NCBI GenBank assembly: GCA_964234715.1
Contig: OZ174284.1
Direction: 5' to 3' (one strand)
Length of the DNA stretch: 64,000 bases
Source: Podarcis melisellensis
Lineage: Eukaryota
A program made the position numbers and the translations under genes. Shown here one piece after another: positions 35,114 to 49,701 of the stretch (within the stretch, counting starts at the first letter, position 1; each line of letters starts with the position of its first letter). Under the pieces are notes generated by a model, which was given only the letters and a program-made list of their open reading frames with translations, was not told where the DNA came from and did not search any database.

Positions 35114-38100
35114 ATTTACAATATCATTAACACAGCCACTTTTAAAATCATACAATCAAGGTGGCAAAAGTGATCCCTGCCCTGTTAGGTTTCAATATGG
35201 TTATGTATAGAAAAGGTTTAAGTAAATGATTCCAAAATAGATTATGATTAAATATGTTTAACATTTAGATTTAGAGGGGGAATTAGCTATTCCTGGAGAG
35301 GTAGTGCTTGATTTCCTTTTTGCATAGTATATTCATGAGACTTTTTTTTGCAGACAGTGGCAGCTTTAATCAGTCTCTAGTATCCAACTGATAAAGTGAT
35401 TTCCTTGGCTGCGTACTGTCTGTTTTTTTTGTACAGCTCTGACCTTTGCATGTTAGATTGTTGCTGCTCTCAAGTGAGCTTTATACCATGCACACAGTTT
35501 CTTGCTCTCTTGGTTTAATTTATTACCTTCATCAAAATGCAGTGGCAATATTAAGTTCAGTCGTAGCGTTTGCTACTTTTGTTAAATCTGCTGCCTACCC
35601 AAACCATCGCATTATCCTTTGCCACTCATAATTTTCCCAAAATTAAAATTTAGATTACGGTTAATCGAACAATTATAGCTGCCCTCCTTGGAAATAGACA
35701 CTTCCCAGCTCTAGCCAAGGGGCAGTTTCAGGTATCTCCAAAGCTACCTCCATGTGTCCAGGAAGGAAATATGGGAGGTTAATGGAGATAACCGGAAGAG
35801 CAAAATTGTGTTGATCCAACCTGCAACCTTTTTTGAAATGAGCAGCTTTTATGCAGAACAATTTAATAATTTCTCATGGATTGCATTGCTTTAGAGAGCA
35901 TCAATCAACAAACTAACTCCTGGGGGAGGGGAGGCAGTTGCCATTCCTACTCCCTTTCCCTGTATTTGCCACTGCCTTGTTTCACCCTTGGCCATTTTGA
36001 AAGCTCTGAACGGAGAAGATGCACAATTGCCGTTGCCAAGCAACCTTAATGACACTATTTTGTGCACCTCCAGATGGTGCGGTCCTGTACATCTCTGCTC
36101 AGAAGTAAGCTGCATTGAATTTCTGGGAAAGTGTGCTTGCTGCATATATGACTGTCCATATATAAAGAAGAGGAGTGGTGTGCCGAGCTGGAGCCCTAGC
36201 AAGGATAATTTCTTGCCCAGGCTGTGTCAGGGGAACTATTTTGACACGTTTATGTGCATGTGTTTGTGTGCAAGCTTTATATAGAATAAGTGTTAAGGTA
36301 ATGGGGTAATGTGATCTTTGTCATGCAATGTGGTCCTCTGAGATGGTCAGGAGCATCGAACCTGGAGGGCCAGGACACTTGAGCAACAGCAGGAGATAAG
36401 TCCGCTATGTAGTAAAACAAGGCACTGAGGCAGCAGCTGCAGAACAATGTCATAAATTGCAATAAAACTGGATATTGGAGCAAAAGATCTGAGCCTCCAG
36501 GCGTGGTAATGAAATAAGAGCACATTGAAGCGAGAGCATCTTTGTACATCTTTTGCCCCAGTTGAGGCCTGGAGTACCCAGGAGCCCAGAGGCTAATTCC
36601 TGAATCCTGTCTACCTGCACCTGAATGAAATACCTGGAAGGAACAGGATTCTATACTTCCAACATCAGACCCTTCTCAACCTCCTCGTGCTAAGGAAGTG
36701 GATATAAAGGTAAATGCCCAGTCCAAATCAGATGGGCACAAGGGCCAAATCTCCTCTGTGCACAAGAAATCTCTCTAGCCCTTCCGATGATTGTTACTCT
36801 CATCCTTTGCACAAAACGGGCTTGTCAACACTTCCATTTGTCCTGTGCCTAGAAAGCATGGGTTTGAGCTGTTTCCCCCTTGCCTTGCTACTTTCCAAGG
36901 GAAAATGCATTCTTTAGTGCTAAATCAGAGCAAGCGTCAGTCTGGGAAAGCAGCGGGGAGAGAGGAAGTATGGATGAGCCCTTAAAATTTGTTTCACAAG
37001 CATATCCACGTCCCTGGATAGGGGTATGTGTTTTGCATGAGGCTGTGCACCTTTCCTTTCTTACATTAGCCCTACATAGCTGTAGTAAGCTTCCATGGAA
37101 CCAGACTATGCACATGTGTCTTAAGGCTGTGCTGTCGTGCTGAGAGGGAATCAGCAAGAGAGAATACAAAATCAACTTTCTGTTTTAGGGTAAGCAACCA
37201 TTTTACACAAGGAGATATCTGTTCATGGGATTTTGATGGTTACTTATAGACGAAGTTTGATGTGTAAACTGTTCACATGTATCATTTTTGCCCCTCTGGA
37301 TGCGAGCAATCAAGTTTATCAGAAGACTTTCATAGAATTATCCAGTGAACCATTTGCTAGTATGAACACACACACACACACACACACACACATTTACTTC
37401 CAGAAAGTTTACATATATTTTCTACAGAGTATTTTGATCCTCATAGCAATTATGCTCACCTTCTCAATATATCTTGTTACAGTACACTACACAGATTTTA
37501 AAGAATAGTTTTCTTTAAAAAACAAAAAGAAAATCCTGTAAGTATGGCTGTTAAAAGAAGAATTCAGTAATAAAATTATAAAAGGCATAGCCTGAAGAAA
37601 TGTATTGCTTATCATCATTTAACCACATTAATATCTGGTTTCAATTATACCATGGTTTAATCTTTTGTACATAGATAATTCTGTGAATGCTTAAGAGTGA
37701 ATTTAACCAATGACAGAGAGTTATGGACAGGGCCTATGTACTGTATCAGAATGGGCAACTTGTAGCCCCAATACTTCTCAGTCATTCAGCAAACCCAGGA
37801 ACTGAATCCAGTTGTCAGAAGGTTTGTCATGCATGGCCAGCAGCAGAGTTGCTAATTGCCCAGAAGTATGTTCTAGCTGGCCAAATTTTTGCTTTGGGAC
37901 CAGTTCCCAATAGTAGCATAGACATGTCTGCATGTCTGCTACATTCGGTCTCTAAAATTATCCCTGTGTCACTGGTTGATAGAAGCAAAGGCCATGGCTG
38001 TTTGTTTACTCACTAGTTATAAAAAATGGTGTGCACCTCGGGAAATAGACAAATTTTGCGCTCAACCTGCCCCAAACTAATGGACTCTGTCCCAAGAGTG

Positions 38101-38947
38101 GCAAGAAATCTGGGCTTCTTTGCCTCTTGTATATAGTGGATTGGCTCAGGGATCCACCCACACATGTTCCAGGTTTTAAAATTTATTTCCATAGCAGGCA
38201 GTCCTAGTAAATAGGCATTATATATGTTTTCCACAAGCTGCTCACAGACCTTTAAGACTGCATACAGGATTGTATTTTGCAAGCATATATTTTGGATTCA
38301 TATTCCTCCTCTAAACACCACAGAGAAGCATGAAACAAAGTGCAATTAAAATACAGTAATCATTTAAATGGGATAATGATGAAAAAAGGAGAGGACATTT
38401 ATATTACTACACAAAAAAACTTAAGTATTTCATACATAGGAAGAGAAAGTCATGAACTCTAAACAGATAAAATTAATATCCAATATATATGGAGTATTGC
38501 TGCCTTTGTTTTTAAGGTCTTGCATAGACAGTTTTTGATAAACCAACAAATAGGTGCTTAGTTAAGTATTAAATGGGAAGAAGCAGAAATTTATTTTACT
38601 TAATAACTGAAAACAAAGAATCAAGGTGACTTGCTCATTTCTGAGCTCCTGCATTTTGGCCTAAATTTAACTTGTGTTAATTAACTTGTCAGCACCTGTG
38701 TATGAAAAATGTAAACACTCTCTTGGCTGCAAGCTGTATGTTTTGCAACTAAACAAAAAGCATCTGAGCGGTAATTTTAGCTGAAGTGTTGTTCCTGTGG
38801 GTTATTAATACATCACTGTAATTTCTTGATGGAATTCTTCCATTGTGTTTAACTTTGTGTGCATGTGGTCTTCCCATGGGTTGGACACTGTAAGAACAGA
38901 GTGCTAGACTAGGGGAAGACATGACCTGATTCAGCAGGTCTCTTCCT

Positions 38948-38948
38948 T

Positions 38949-39016
<68 letters not shown>
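38948..39016. repeat. Compound (TG)n(AG)n microsatellite
   Basis: Direct observation. Confidence 0.95.
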
Positions 39017-39018
<2 letters not shown>

Positions 39019-42000
39019 CATATCTGGAGTTAAACATTTTTGAAATGCACTTAAATGTTATGCCACTAATCTGTTTTGAATATGATGAAGGATAATGAAC
39101 AACATATTGTTTGCCACTTTTTAATATTTGAGAATCTAGGTACAATCTGTTTCATTTTGACTTTGTTACCAATCCAACAGATAACTTTGTCAGATACCTG
39201 TAATACTCCAGTTGTACTCTTATTTCAAACAGAAATTGAAGTTAAAAAGTTTGACTCCCAATTAAAATTGAATCAGCAGATTAGTTTCTCCCATGCTGCT
39301 CTTGCAGAATATATATCTTCTTTCAGGCAGAGAATTTTAAACACTGGTTCTCCATATTTGTTTAATACATGTGGTAACTCAGAAATAGTTGAGGGGATAA
39401 TTTCATGTGTAAAACAAGATGCCCTTTTATTAAATGGTAAAATGCCTCATTTTATTTCACTGTATGTTTCAATTTTTCCTAAACCTAAAGGGAAAGGTAC
39501 CTTAAAGAGTAATAGACAATGGTGGTTCCATTTGTTTATTCCTATTTTTTCCCCTAGCCACATACAATTTAGCTGTGAAAATGGTGATGAAATATATTCT
39601 ATGACCCTGAAGTTATAGGGAATTTATGCTTCGGTGGGTGCCATGCTTGAAAATGACAGGTAATGCATTACGCTTGCTGTGGAAAGGAAGGTAAAGTATG
39701 AGTCTAACGGCCTTCATAGGCATTTACCTATGAAGATAGAATAGCTGTTATAAACTTCTAGAAGGATTCATTGTCTAGTCTGACTTGTACAGACAGCAGC
39801 TTGATTTTTATGTAGTCTGTGCCATCTTGAATCTGACTGGACAGGGGTAGTGCTGCTGCTTTATGACTCATTAGCCGCCATGCCCAGGACTGAACACAAA
39901 AATGGTTGATGGATCGAACTTGGTGTCATGGTGATGAAGGCAGCCTTCGCAATTGATGTTTAATGGTATATTACAGAGAGGTTTTCTCAGTAAAATGCTC
40001 CAATTATTTTCTTATCAGTCTACCTTAACGAGCTAGAAATAATTCATAAGGAAGTTAGTGAATCAGTTATAAAGTCCTTTTCCTGCCCTAATTCAGCTCG
40101 ATGGCTAAATTTAGGTTGTTATTTAATGAGCAAAGCTGCTTATGAGGCCAAACTCCAAGATTCTTCACCTTAGTATCGATCCGTAAAAGAACACATTTAC
40201 CTCTGTCATTCTGTACTGTATAGTTCTAGAATGGCAAAACCGCTTAACACCTGACCTTCAAAACTTGTAGGTGTTTATCTTAGAGGTGTTTTCACAAGTG
40301 ATGGTAAAAAAAGGCCTATTCATATCTAGAGAAAGTGTGCCACTTGAAAATACTAGCTCAGGATAGAAGGTGGGGAAAAAGCTAATTTAAAATCAGCCTC
40401 ACTTATAAAGTGGGAAAATGGGGAAAGGTGATTTAAAGTACACAAGGAACCTTTTTGTCTGTGGATTCAGAATTCTTCCCCCTATCTGCTACTTCTCTCT
40501 CTTCCCTAAACTGTAGTCCATTTCCTAAAACAGGGATGACATGGCTAACCTTTTTTGGGCTGAGGGCCACAAAGATCCAGGGCAAACCTTTTGGGAGCAC
40601 ATGTCAAAGTGGGTGTGGCTGGAGTGTAAAGATAGGTGTGGCCAAAGTTTTAAAGCGAGCATAACCAAAGCCAAAATTCCTCTCTCCCTTATTTATTGAT
40701 TCAATATGTTATCAATAATTAAATTTACTGAGCTATATTTACTCCACCCCTTATTCTGTTAAATTCTTCTGCTGTTCCATTTTAGATTCCCACACTCCCT
40801 TCCCTCCTTATTCCATGTTAAATCAACTCATTTGTGCCCAGTAATTGGGAGTGGGGGTGGGGAAGGAGTGGAGCAAAGGGTCTTTCTTCACTTCCTACCT
40901 GCAAATGAAAGGAGACAGTTTCCTCCAATCTCCTCCAATGAAAAAACCCTCAAAGACAGGTGGAGTTTTCCTGGCGAGCTGTCCCTCCCCTAGAAAAACT
41001 CTCCTCATTATTACTTGATGGACAATTCCACTGCATTGCTCCCAGAAGCACCTACTACTGTGCTATTCAAGGCAGAAAGCCACAGTGAATCAGGACAGAA
41101 GGCAAAAGCGTTGCTATTCACCATTGTCTGTGGAGCAAGGTGTTGGAGAGATCCATATCACCAACGTTGCGCTAGTCTTGAGTGGAGAGGTTTGAAAACT
41201 CTTTGCTCACACTAGCACCCTGAGAGGGCTCAGCAGACCACCTGCTGCTCAGCATCACCTCCTGCTCACATTTGCACCAGTGCGACAGCTGTATTGTTGG
41301 GGGGGGGGGCATCAGTAATTGCTTCATGCACAGATATGGCCCGTGGATTAGCCCAACCCCTGGTCTTAAAATGCAGTTATCCCTCTTCCAGGCTCCATTA
41401 CCAGAGGTCAGCACAGCTGTAAAGAAATCAGCTATAGGGAGGTTTCCTGCAGAGGAAGAAGTAGTGGATGAGACTTGCCTGTGTGTGCTTTTTTATACTT
41501 TTAACTTGCACTCTGCCCCTGCTTTACATGTGACTGCTCAAATTCACATCTTCCTCCATGAAGTTTGGCCCATCAGATGAGCATGAAGTGCTTGAATTGA
41601 ACTTCTGATGACCTAACCCAGTGATAAGTTCATTGCATGAGTTTCAGAGAAAGTCGATTAAATCTAGCAAATATAGCAAACAAAATTAATGGCACTCTCT
41701 AATTTGAGATAATTATTTTATCTCGCAGACAGTTGCTTAGGGAAATTCTTATTTAAGATAATGGCATGTTTCCGATTACACATGGACATTATCATTGACA
41801 TGATACAGCAGCAGTGAAGAGTCTAAACATTTATTGTAAAAAATCATGAAGTCGCTTTGATTTTTTTTTTTAAACAGCAGTTGTTAAACATTCCTCAAAT
41901 GATTGAGTTTCTGCCTGCAGAAGTCTTTCTAATCGCTCAGCTCCATCATGTCTGGCCACCTCACACCTCACCCCACCAGCTTCTTTTAATAGATTGGGGA

Positions 42001-42117
42001 GGATGTACTGTTCATGCAACAGCTGTGAGATGAAGCAACAGCTGCATTTGCTTACACATCAAGAAGTGTCACAGAAAAGGCTAATGTGGTACACTCAAGT
42101 GAAAAACAGCTTTTCAT

Positions 42118-42363
42118 AGAGCAATGGTTCCAAACTACAAGAAAGAAGATTCCACCTAAACATTAGGAAGAACTTCCTGACAGTAAGAGCTGTTCGACAG
42201 TGGAATTTGCTGCCAAGGAGTGTGGTGGAGTCTCCTTCTTTGGAGGTCTTTAAGCAGAGGCTTGACAACCATATGTCAGGAGTGCTCTGATGGTGTTTCC
42301 AGCTTGGCAGGGGGTTGGACTCGATGGCCCTTGTGGTCTCTTCCAACTCTATGATTCTATGAT
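42118..42363 (+). mobile_element. CR1 LINE 3' end, young
   Basis: AACATTAGGAAGAACTTCCTGACAGTAAGAGCTG..., (ATTCTATG)n tail. Confidence 0.9.
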
Positions 42364-43714
42364 AGTGTGGTGGCTCTCTTTCTTGATGTGGGAGTCTGCA
42401 GATGGTAAAACGCCTGCCATGACTGTGCAAATCAACTAAAAATCTGGCTGACCCAACTCCATTTATCAAGTAGCTCAACATCTACTTTTAATGGTCACCT
42501 CTTACTTAAACTAAAACTTGGACACAGCCCAGAATTGTTTTTGAAGTGTGCTACTGAATTATTATTATGGGGGGGGGGGGTGTCTCTAGAGAGTATGGAA
42601 AGCCTGGATACAAATACTATCAAATCCTCTCAAAACTGAGTACTAAAGATAATTAATGTCTTAATAGGTGGTTTTGAACCTGGGGCAGAAAGTAATCAAT
42701 AAGGGACAAGGGAATTGCTCAGCTTCAGTCCTGCGGCCAAAGTACTATTGCAATTTATTCATTCAATTTATGTCCTACCACATGCTATAAAATACAAAAA
42801 AAAAAGCGCCTCAGGGTAACTCACAACAAATAAATGTGAGATTTCAAAGCAATCTTGGTGGCTCCTGTTTGGCAAACATCTGAGGAATTTTGAAGAAAGC
42901 AATAGGAATCTCATGAAAAGTCGCAAATTTCTGATAGGGAAATTTCTGCTTATCTGGGATGGACAGAGCAGGGGGGTGGTTGTCACTCCCCTGTGTAGTT
43001 GGCAGCCTTCACTACATCAATCAGCCACAAGCTGTGCAGACAGGCTTGCTGAAAACGTGCAATGGATTTACATCAAGGATCTGTATCCAATCATTGCTCC
43101 CTGACACACGTCCACTGCATATCCTCCCGTTTTTGCAATCATGCTTTCCTCCTTCAGGCATTGTTGGTGTTGGCTAGACAGGGTGGACAAACTTCAAACC
43201 TAATCTGAGATCTAAAGCACGAATCGGGCTTGACAGTTGGTTAGAGTACATCCAAAATAAATATTTCTTTTCTTTTTCCCGGGAAACCCATAGAAGTGCT
43301 TCAAGCTTAATAATAAAACTAAGGCCAGAAATTCAGGCCGGTGTAATGAATTTCACTTGGCAGTGTTCCAAAGGTGATTGCAACGAACTATGAAGTGACC
43401 TGCTCTAACAACGAATATATACCTGGCCCTGCTAAAAATTGAAATTGCATTTTTTTGAATGGCTTCCTGATGGAGTTGCTAGCAAGGCATTTTTTTTAGC
43501 AAGAAATGAATGGTTAATTAAAAACACCTAGAAAATGATACATACAATGTCATGTTTAATTTCTAAGGCATTGCTTAATTTCTAACCTCTTTTTTGGGTG
43601 GGGGGGGGAAATGGTGAACTAGCTGATTTCTATTTGCATTTTCTCATCAAGGTGTGAACAGATGACATACTCATCTTCTCTTTCTTTCTCTCCCCCGCCT
43701 CCACCTGCTTGCAG

Positions 43715-43853
43715 CTGGGATGACAGCAGTTCAGTTAGCAGCGGCCTCAGTGATACTTTGGATAACATCAGCACAGATGATCTGAACACAACATCATCGG
43801 TCAGCTCTTATTCCAATATTACTGCCTCTTCAAGAAAGAATGCACATACCCAT
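43715..43853 (+). CDS. NAV3: NAV3 internal coding exon (139 nt, WDDSSSVSSGLSDTLDNISTDDLNTTSSVSSYSNITASSRKNAHTH)
   Basis: pyrimidine tract + tgcag|C acceptor, CAT|gtaggt donor; conserved navigator motif SWDDSSSVSSGLSDT. Confidence 0.93.
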
Positions 43854-45491
43854 GTAGGTGTTGACATTTTCTGCTCTGTCTAGCACTGGCAGCCTGATGA
43901 ATCCAGGCCACTGCTTAGGGGCTTTATGGCTTATTTTTCCATTTCACTATTGCACACACACAATTTCCCCCCCTTTTCCAAATGTCCTTTTTATTTATTT
44001 TTGCAGGGTGGTTTATTTTTCTTTGTTTGCAACAACCACAATCCTCCTAAGCTTCTCCTAGCACAATTTGCAGATATAATTATGCAAATCTGATGATACA
44101 GTGACGTCATCAAACCACAATGAAACAGTTAATTGAATACAAAGACAAACAAGCGCCAACTTCTGTGCATGTATCTTCGTGTACCAAAGAGGAAGACCTA
44201 TTTCCTTATCAAGGGCCTGTGGAGAGTCATAAACTCTGCTGGAGTTTAATGGCACTATCGCATTTTCTATTGCTCACAGCTTGAAATTTCTAGGAACTTC
44301 TGTACTTTATTCTGATGAGGAGGGGGTGGTTTAAAGGTAAAGTGTCATGCTATTCGAGATTATCACACCCCTTTTATAAATGCAAGCACCATACAGATCG
44401 CAGCCCAGCTATTTTAAAGAGCTATTATGCCCTATGTTGGTCTATTGGCCCCTAATGAGAGCCACATTTCAGTCAAGCCAATTATTGCAGCACTGACAAC
44501 TTTGGTAAGCATATTGCAAACTTTTGACACATTTGAATCTGCTTCTTGTTTTCTGTTTTCGGCGCATGAGCCCAAGGCTCTTAAAAATAAACATGAAATC
44601 AAGCTAAAGAGGCCCTGTTCATTGTTCCTGTTTTAAAGCCAATGGAAAGAAGTCACCTTATAGGTTTGAGCTTATAACTTTATTCTAACAAGACTCCTGC
44701 CCCAGGCCTCAGGCAAGCTCTACATGGGCCTGGTTATAAGCAGCATTTGGTAATGGCCACAATTGGTACCAACTGTTGCAAATTATTATCAGCTGGCTAT
44801 TGTAAGTGAATGCGGTGCGAAGGACATCCTCTGTAGATGCTCCAGTTTCCCATAGGCACAGCATCCATATGCAGAAGATTCCCATAGACTCAGCAGAAGC
44901 CTGCCACCTTCTCACCCCACCATATGTGCATATAGGCGCATGGGGAGATGGTACAAGAGGCTATTAGGGGGAAATGGGAAGGCTGGACAGACCCCCCTGT
45001 TTGCACCACCAACCTCTACGGCACGTGAGTGAATTTAACTGAGTAGGAGATCTGATCCTCCATTCCAACTAACAGCTGGTTGTGCAACCTGCCCATGCGC
45101 ACCTGTAGGTAGAGGAAGGTGGCGCTTAAGGATATCCTCTCCATGCAAGGACTATGCCTGCACGGTCTGCATTGTGCCCTCTGGGTTGTAAATACTGAAG
45201 GCAACAGCTTTGAATCAGAAATTCAGAAGCATTCAGGGGTGGAAGGCTGCAGCAGTACACCCAGATACATTTACTTAGTGGTATTAACATTAATTGGCTT
45301 ATGCTAATAAGATTCCAGGTTAACTCGTTATGTAATTCTAAGTCCATTGGACCAGTTTCATCATGCCAAGATTTGGGTGTTGGAGTCTGGAAAAATCTGG
45401 AGCAAGAGATTATTCATTTTTAATGTTCTCTTGTTTTCCATTTTATGGGGGCCATTGTCTTAGGGTCTCTTAGGCAATGTTGATGTTAATC

Positions 45492-45627
45492 CAGGCTTCC
45501 TCAACCTCAGTCCTCCAGATGTTTTGAGACTACAATTCCCATCATCCCTGACCACTGGTCCTGCTAGCGAGGGATCATGGGAGTTGTAGGCCAAAAACAT
45601 CTGGAGGGCCGAGGTTGAGGAAGCCTG
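45492..45627. mobile_element. Short palindromic hAT MITE (136 bp), related to 34979-35113
   Basis: CAGGCTTCCTCAACCTC / GAGGTTGAGGAAGCCTG TIR, imperfect 8-bp TSD. Confidence 0.85.
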
Positions 45628-46003
45628 TTCTAATCAAGGGGATTCAGGCAGACATGGAAGCTTCAGAGAAACACTGCTTCTTTTGGATAGGGTTTTTTTT
45701 AAAAAAAAAATTAAATAAAAATTAATTGACATTTACAAGCCAGTGTTGCTTCAAGCTAATAACATTTGAGACATCTCCCTGAAATGACACCATTAGTGCC
45801 AGCAGTATAAGTAGTGTTGTTGTTCATAAAATTAGTGGGGGAAAGCTTCTCAGAGAGACTATTAAGCATTTGGAGCTAGGGAAGAAAGATGTTAAAGTGA
45901 ATCTTTGTTTCCTCCTCCTAATCCCTGCACTCTCATGCCGTAATGAAAGAAAATAAAAGCCAGACAATTACTGAGTAATTTTCATGATATCAATTCCTCA
46001 TAG

Positions 46004-46280
46004 CTGAAGACTGATTCAGAGAAACGTTCAGTAACAGATGGCGAACCGTGGGGCAGCAGCGAGGAACTGAAGAAACCAGAGGAAGATTTTGACAGCAACA
46101 TTGACGGCAGTGGCAAATGGAAGGGCCATCCCTCTGGAGCCCTTGAAGATGCTGAGAAGGGGGGCCAGAAAACCTCTCTGTCTGTCTCTCAGACTGGCTC
46201 CTGGAGAAGAGGCATGACCGCACAAGTAGGAGCAGCGCCATCTAGGCACAAAACAGGAACAAGCACTCTCAAGACGCCTG
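46004..46280 (+). CDS. NAV3: NAV3 internal coding exon (277 nt, LKTDSEKRS...SQTGSWRRGMTAQVG...LKTPG)
   Basis: ctcatag|CTG acceptor, CCTG|gtagga donor; manual translation open; phase 0 to phase 1. Confidence 0.94.
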
Positions 46281-46984
46281 GTAGGAATGAGCATCATCAG
46301 AAACTGAACTTGCAGTCGGTTGTGCAAATTGCTCCAAGTTATTGTTCTCATTCATAAGACCCTGAGAATGGGTTAGGGAAATTTCCACATGACGTCTTCT
46401 CTTTTTGAGTAGAAAGAGGCAGCTATTGAGTTCTCGAGAGAGTTAGAGTTGCTATTCAGATAATTGCTAAGCGTGAGATGTATGAGTTGGGCTGGTATTT
46501 CACTATGTAATAAGGAAGGTTCGGCCTTTGTGAAAGATTACTTTAAAATAGCACTATGCATGTTTGTGTTAGTAAGGAGTGACTAAAATTGATAGATGAA
46601 CGAAATGAAAATCAATAGACACATTTTAGTTCGTTGGACGCCACATCTGAAACCTGCAATTATTCCTAAGTAATAGGCCCGAGGTGTTCCAACAGCTTTT
46701 AGTACAAGCTATAAGGCTACGCCAACCAAATTTAGCTAAGTGTTATTATTAACTGCAAACAGCTAATAATGGTTGCATGTGTCGGGATAGACAATAACAA
46801 TGAATTTTAATGTGAGTGGTGATGAATATATTATAATTCGGTATGCTTGTTTCACAATGCTTGGAATTACAAGCATACAATATTTTACAAGTCATAGGAA
46901 GGATTCCAACTTACCAATGCAATACAATTAAAGAAAGCAGATCGGCTCTTACTTCACATTAATAGGTTCTGGGCCAAAACTAAC

Positions 46985-47110
46985 GAAGCCAATTTCAACA
47001 AAAATAAATATAGCATTATGTACTTAGGAAGCAAAAATCAGGTACAGAAATACAGAATAGGTGACACCTGATTTAACAGCAGTGCAAGTGAAAAGCATCA
47101 AGGGTTTTTA
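46985..47110 (+). mobile_element. CR1 ORF2 internal fragment, degenerate
   Basis: HLG-KN-x-x-x-KYR-x-GD-like sequence; boundaries approximate. Confidence 0.5.
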
Positions 47111-47198
47111 GCAGAATACTTGTAATTCTAAATTGCATCATCTGAATTATAAGTCCGGATTACAAGTAGTAATAGTGCCATTCTGTTTTTCCTTATAT

Positions 47199-47396
47199 GG
47201 CGTTTCCGTGTGCTCTGGTTTCCGCCATGGTGTTCCGTTGTGCCAGAAGTGGTTTAGTCATGCTGACCACATGACCCAGAAAGCTGTCTGTGGGCAAACA
47301 CAGTCTCCCTCAGCCTGAAAGTGAGATGAGCGCTGCAACCCCATAGTTGCCTTTGTAACTGGACTTAACCGTCCAGGGGTCCTTTACCTTTACCTT
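47199..47396 (+). mobile_element. Sauria SINE, 5'-truncated
   Basis: TTAGTCATGCTGACCACATGACCC core and GGGGTCCTTTACCTTTACC tail. Confidence 0.8.
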
Positions 47397-47588
47397 ACAA
47401 TATTAATAGCAAATGATTTCTGGCTCAAAGCAAGTGTATATTATTTGAGGGGAAAGGTGGTATAGGCATCTGATTGTCCACTGTAAGTAGTTCAGAACTC
47501 CACCTAAATTCTACATATTTGCATGTATTACTGTAAATATACTACTGCTGTAAATATGAATTACTACAAAACCTCTGCTTTCTGTTAG

Positions 47589-48297
47589 GAAAAACAGATG
47601 ATGCAAAGGCTTCAGAAAAAGGAAAAACTCCCCTCAAAGGAGCTTCTATCCAGCGCTCACCTTCAGATGCAGGGAAAAGCAGTGGCGATGAGGGGAAAAA
47701 GCCACCCTCGGGCATTGGCAGATCAACAGCTACTGGTTCCTTTGGTTTCAAGAAAGCTGGGGTTGGCTCTTCAACCATAATCTCTGCAAGCGGTGCAACC
47801 ATAACAAGTGGATCGGCAACCTTGGGGAAGATGCCCAAATCTGCAGCTATCGGTGGGAAGTCCAATGCAGGGAGGAAAACCAGCCTAGATGGCTCACAGA
47901 ATCAAGACGACGGTGTGCTGCACGTGAGCTCAAAGACTACCCTGCAATACCGAAGTTTGCCGCGTCCTTCGAAGTCAAGCACAAGTGGGATTCCTGGCAG
48001 AGGCGGACACAGGTCAAGCACCAGCAGCATCGACTCCAATGTGAGCAGCAAGTCTGCAGGGGCCGCCGCTACCAACAAACTGAGAGAACCTACGAAGATT
48101 GGCTCAGGGCGCTCCAGCCCTGTTACCATCAACCAGACGGACAAAGAGAAGGAAAAAGTGGCCGTTTCTGATTCTGAGAGTGTGTCACTGTCCAGCTCTC
48201 CAAAATCAAGTCCAACCTCAGCCAGTGCCTGTGGAACACCAGGCCTCAGGCAGCCAGGTTCAAAATATCCAGACATTGCCTCGCCCACATTTAGAAG
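47589..48297 (+). CDS. NAV3: NAV3 internal coding exon (709 nt, KTDDAKASEKGK...SKYPDIASPTFR)
   Basis: ctgttag|GA acceptor, AGAAG|gtaagg donor; includes ORF 47822-48301 (LQYRSLPRPSKSS, KYPDIASPTFRR). Confidence 0.96.
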
Positions 48298-48539
48298 GTA
48301 AGGGGTTTTCTGTGAAATGGCAATGTTATGCTCAGCCCACTCCCCAGAGAGTTGAGAAGTTCCAGAGGAACAGCATGCCACATAGGCCTGGTTTCTTTTG
48401 GAATGAGATCACTAAAGACTTGGGGGCATTTGTAATATTTTAGTGTATTTACAGGCTGAACATAGGTTCATTCTCTCCAAACCTACAATCTGCCACCTGT
48501 GTAGCAGGAGGTCTGGACTCAGCTTGTTTTTGTGTGAGG

Positions 48540-48715
48540 GAAAGTGCCATAGCTCAGTGGTAGAACATTTGCTTTCCATTCAGAAGCTCTCAGGTTCAAT
48601 CTCCAACACGCCAGGTAGTGTTGGGAGAGGACCCTGCCAGAAATCCTGGAGTGCTGCCATTCAGTGTAAACAATATTGAGCTAGATGGTCAGAACCAGTA
48701 TAAGGCTACTTTCTG
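48540..48715 (+). mobile_element. tRNA-derived SINE (Squam3-like)
   Basis: GCCATAGCTCAGTGGTAGA A-box, GGTTCAATC B-box, CAGTGTAAACAATATTGAGCTAGATGG..CAGTATAAGGC body. Confidence 0.75.
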
Positions 48716-49701
48716 TCCTCCCCACATTGATACCTAGTTCCATCGCTTATAATCAGACGAGACCCCTTTTTTCATCTGTAAGTATGAACTGAACAAGTTT
48801 TCTTTTTTAAGCAACTGATATTAATATTGGCCTCATATTCCACTATTTATTCTGTTTCCTTCCCGAGAATTCTACAGAGACTTATATTCTGCTTCCCGCA
48901 ATCGCCTCCGGCTCTCGGAAGTGATGTCTTATATTTAGATAAGTGAACACGTATCCGTTCTGATTCTGCAATAGAAATGCGAAGATCTATTTCTCACATA
49001 AAGTAACCCTAGGAAGGTTCTGGAGTACAAGTGCAGTGCCTTTCAAGTAGGCATCTGAGAGAACCACATGGCTGTGAAGTGAAAAGCAGCCGATGAGAAC
49101 CACCTCCCACCCCCATTGGCATTCCAACCCATGAACTTTGATCGCTAAATCATTTGAAAATCAATAAAGCTGTATGCTGTGCGCGTGCCTCTCTCTAAAA
49201 CTCCATACAGCAGCATGCTGTTTGTGTCCTCTTTAGAGACTCTGAAGAGTGTCCATCAGGGAGGAAATAATTGGGGCAGGGCCTAAATCCAGTCATTAAC
49301 AGCAGATTGATGCTATTCCAGGTGGCTAACTCAGGGTGCAACAGCATAGCTGGGGTTGGGAAGTTTTGCCTGTAGCAACTGTTTGCAAATGCAGTTTTCC
49401 CATCCAGCCACGAATAGCACCCACATACATGGGGCTGGAAGTGGGACCTGGAGGAACTGAAACAATGTGATTGTTATAGGTAGTGGCCGAGAAGGGCATA
49501 TTGGAGACAGCTTGGTATTCCCTTAACAAACTGAAAGGCTTCCTGGTGAGGGATTATTAAGGAATAAATGTCACTCTATCTGACTGTAATTTTTCTGATT
49601 GTATTTTCTGATTGTAATTTTTCCTGGATAGCTAATGGATTCAGATGAGGAAACTGAATTTCATTAACTATATATTTTGCAAATTGTTTTAAAAATGTTC
49701 T

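Noticed and set aside
39076-39618. 180-aa + strand ORF in AT-rich intron
   Set aside because: No recognisable motif, composition typical of intronic AT-rich DNA, and not needed for NAV3 exon phase continuity
48540-48615. tRNA gene
   Set aside because: A/B boxes continue into a SINE body present in several decayed copies; acceptor stem and cloverleaf not intact
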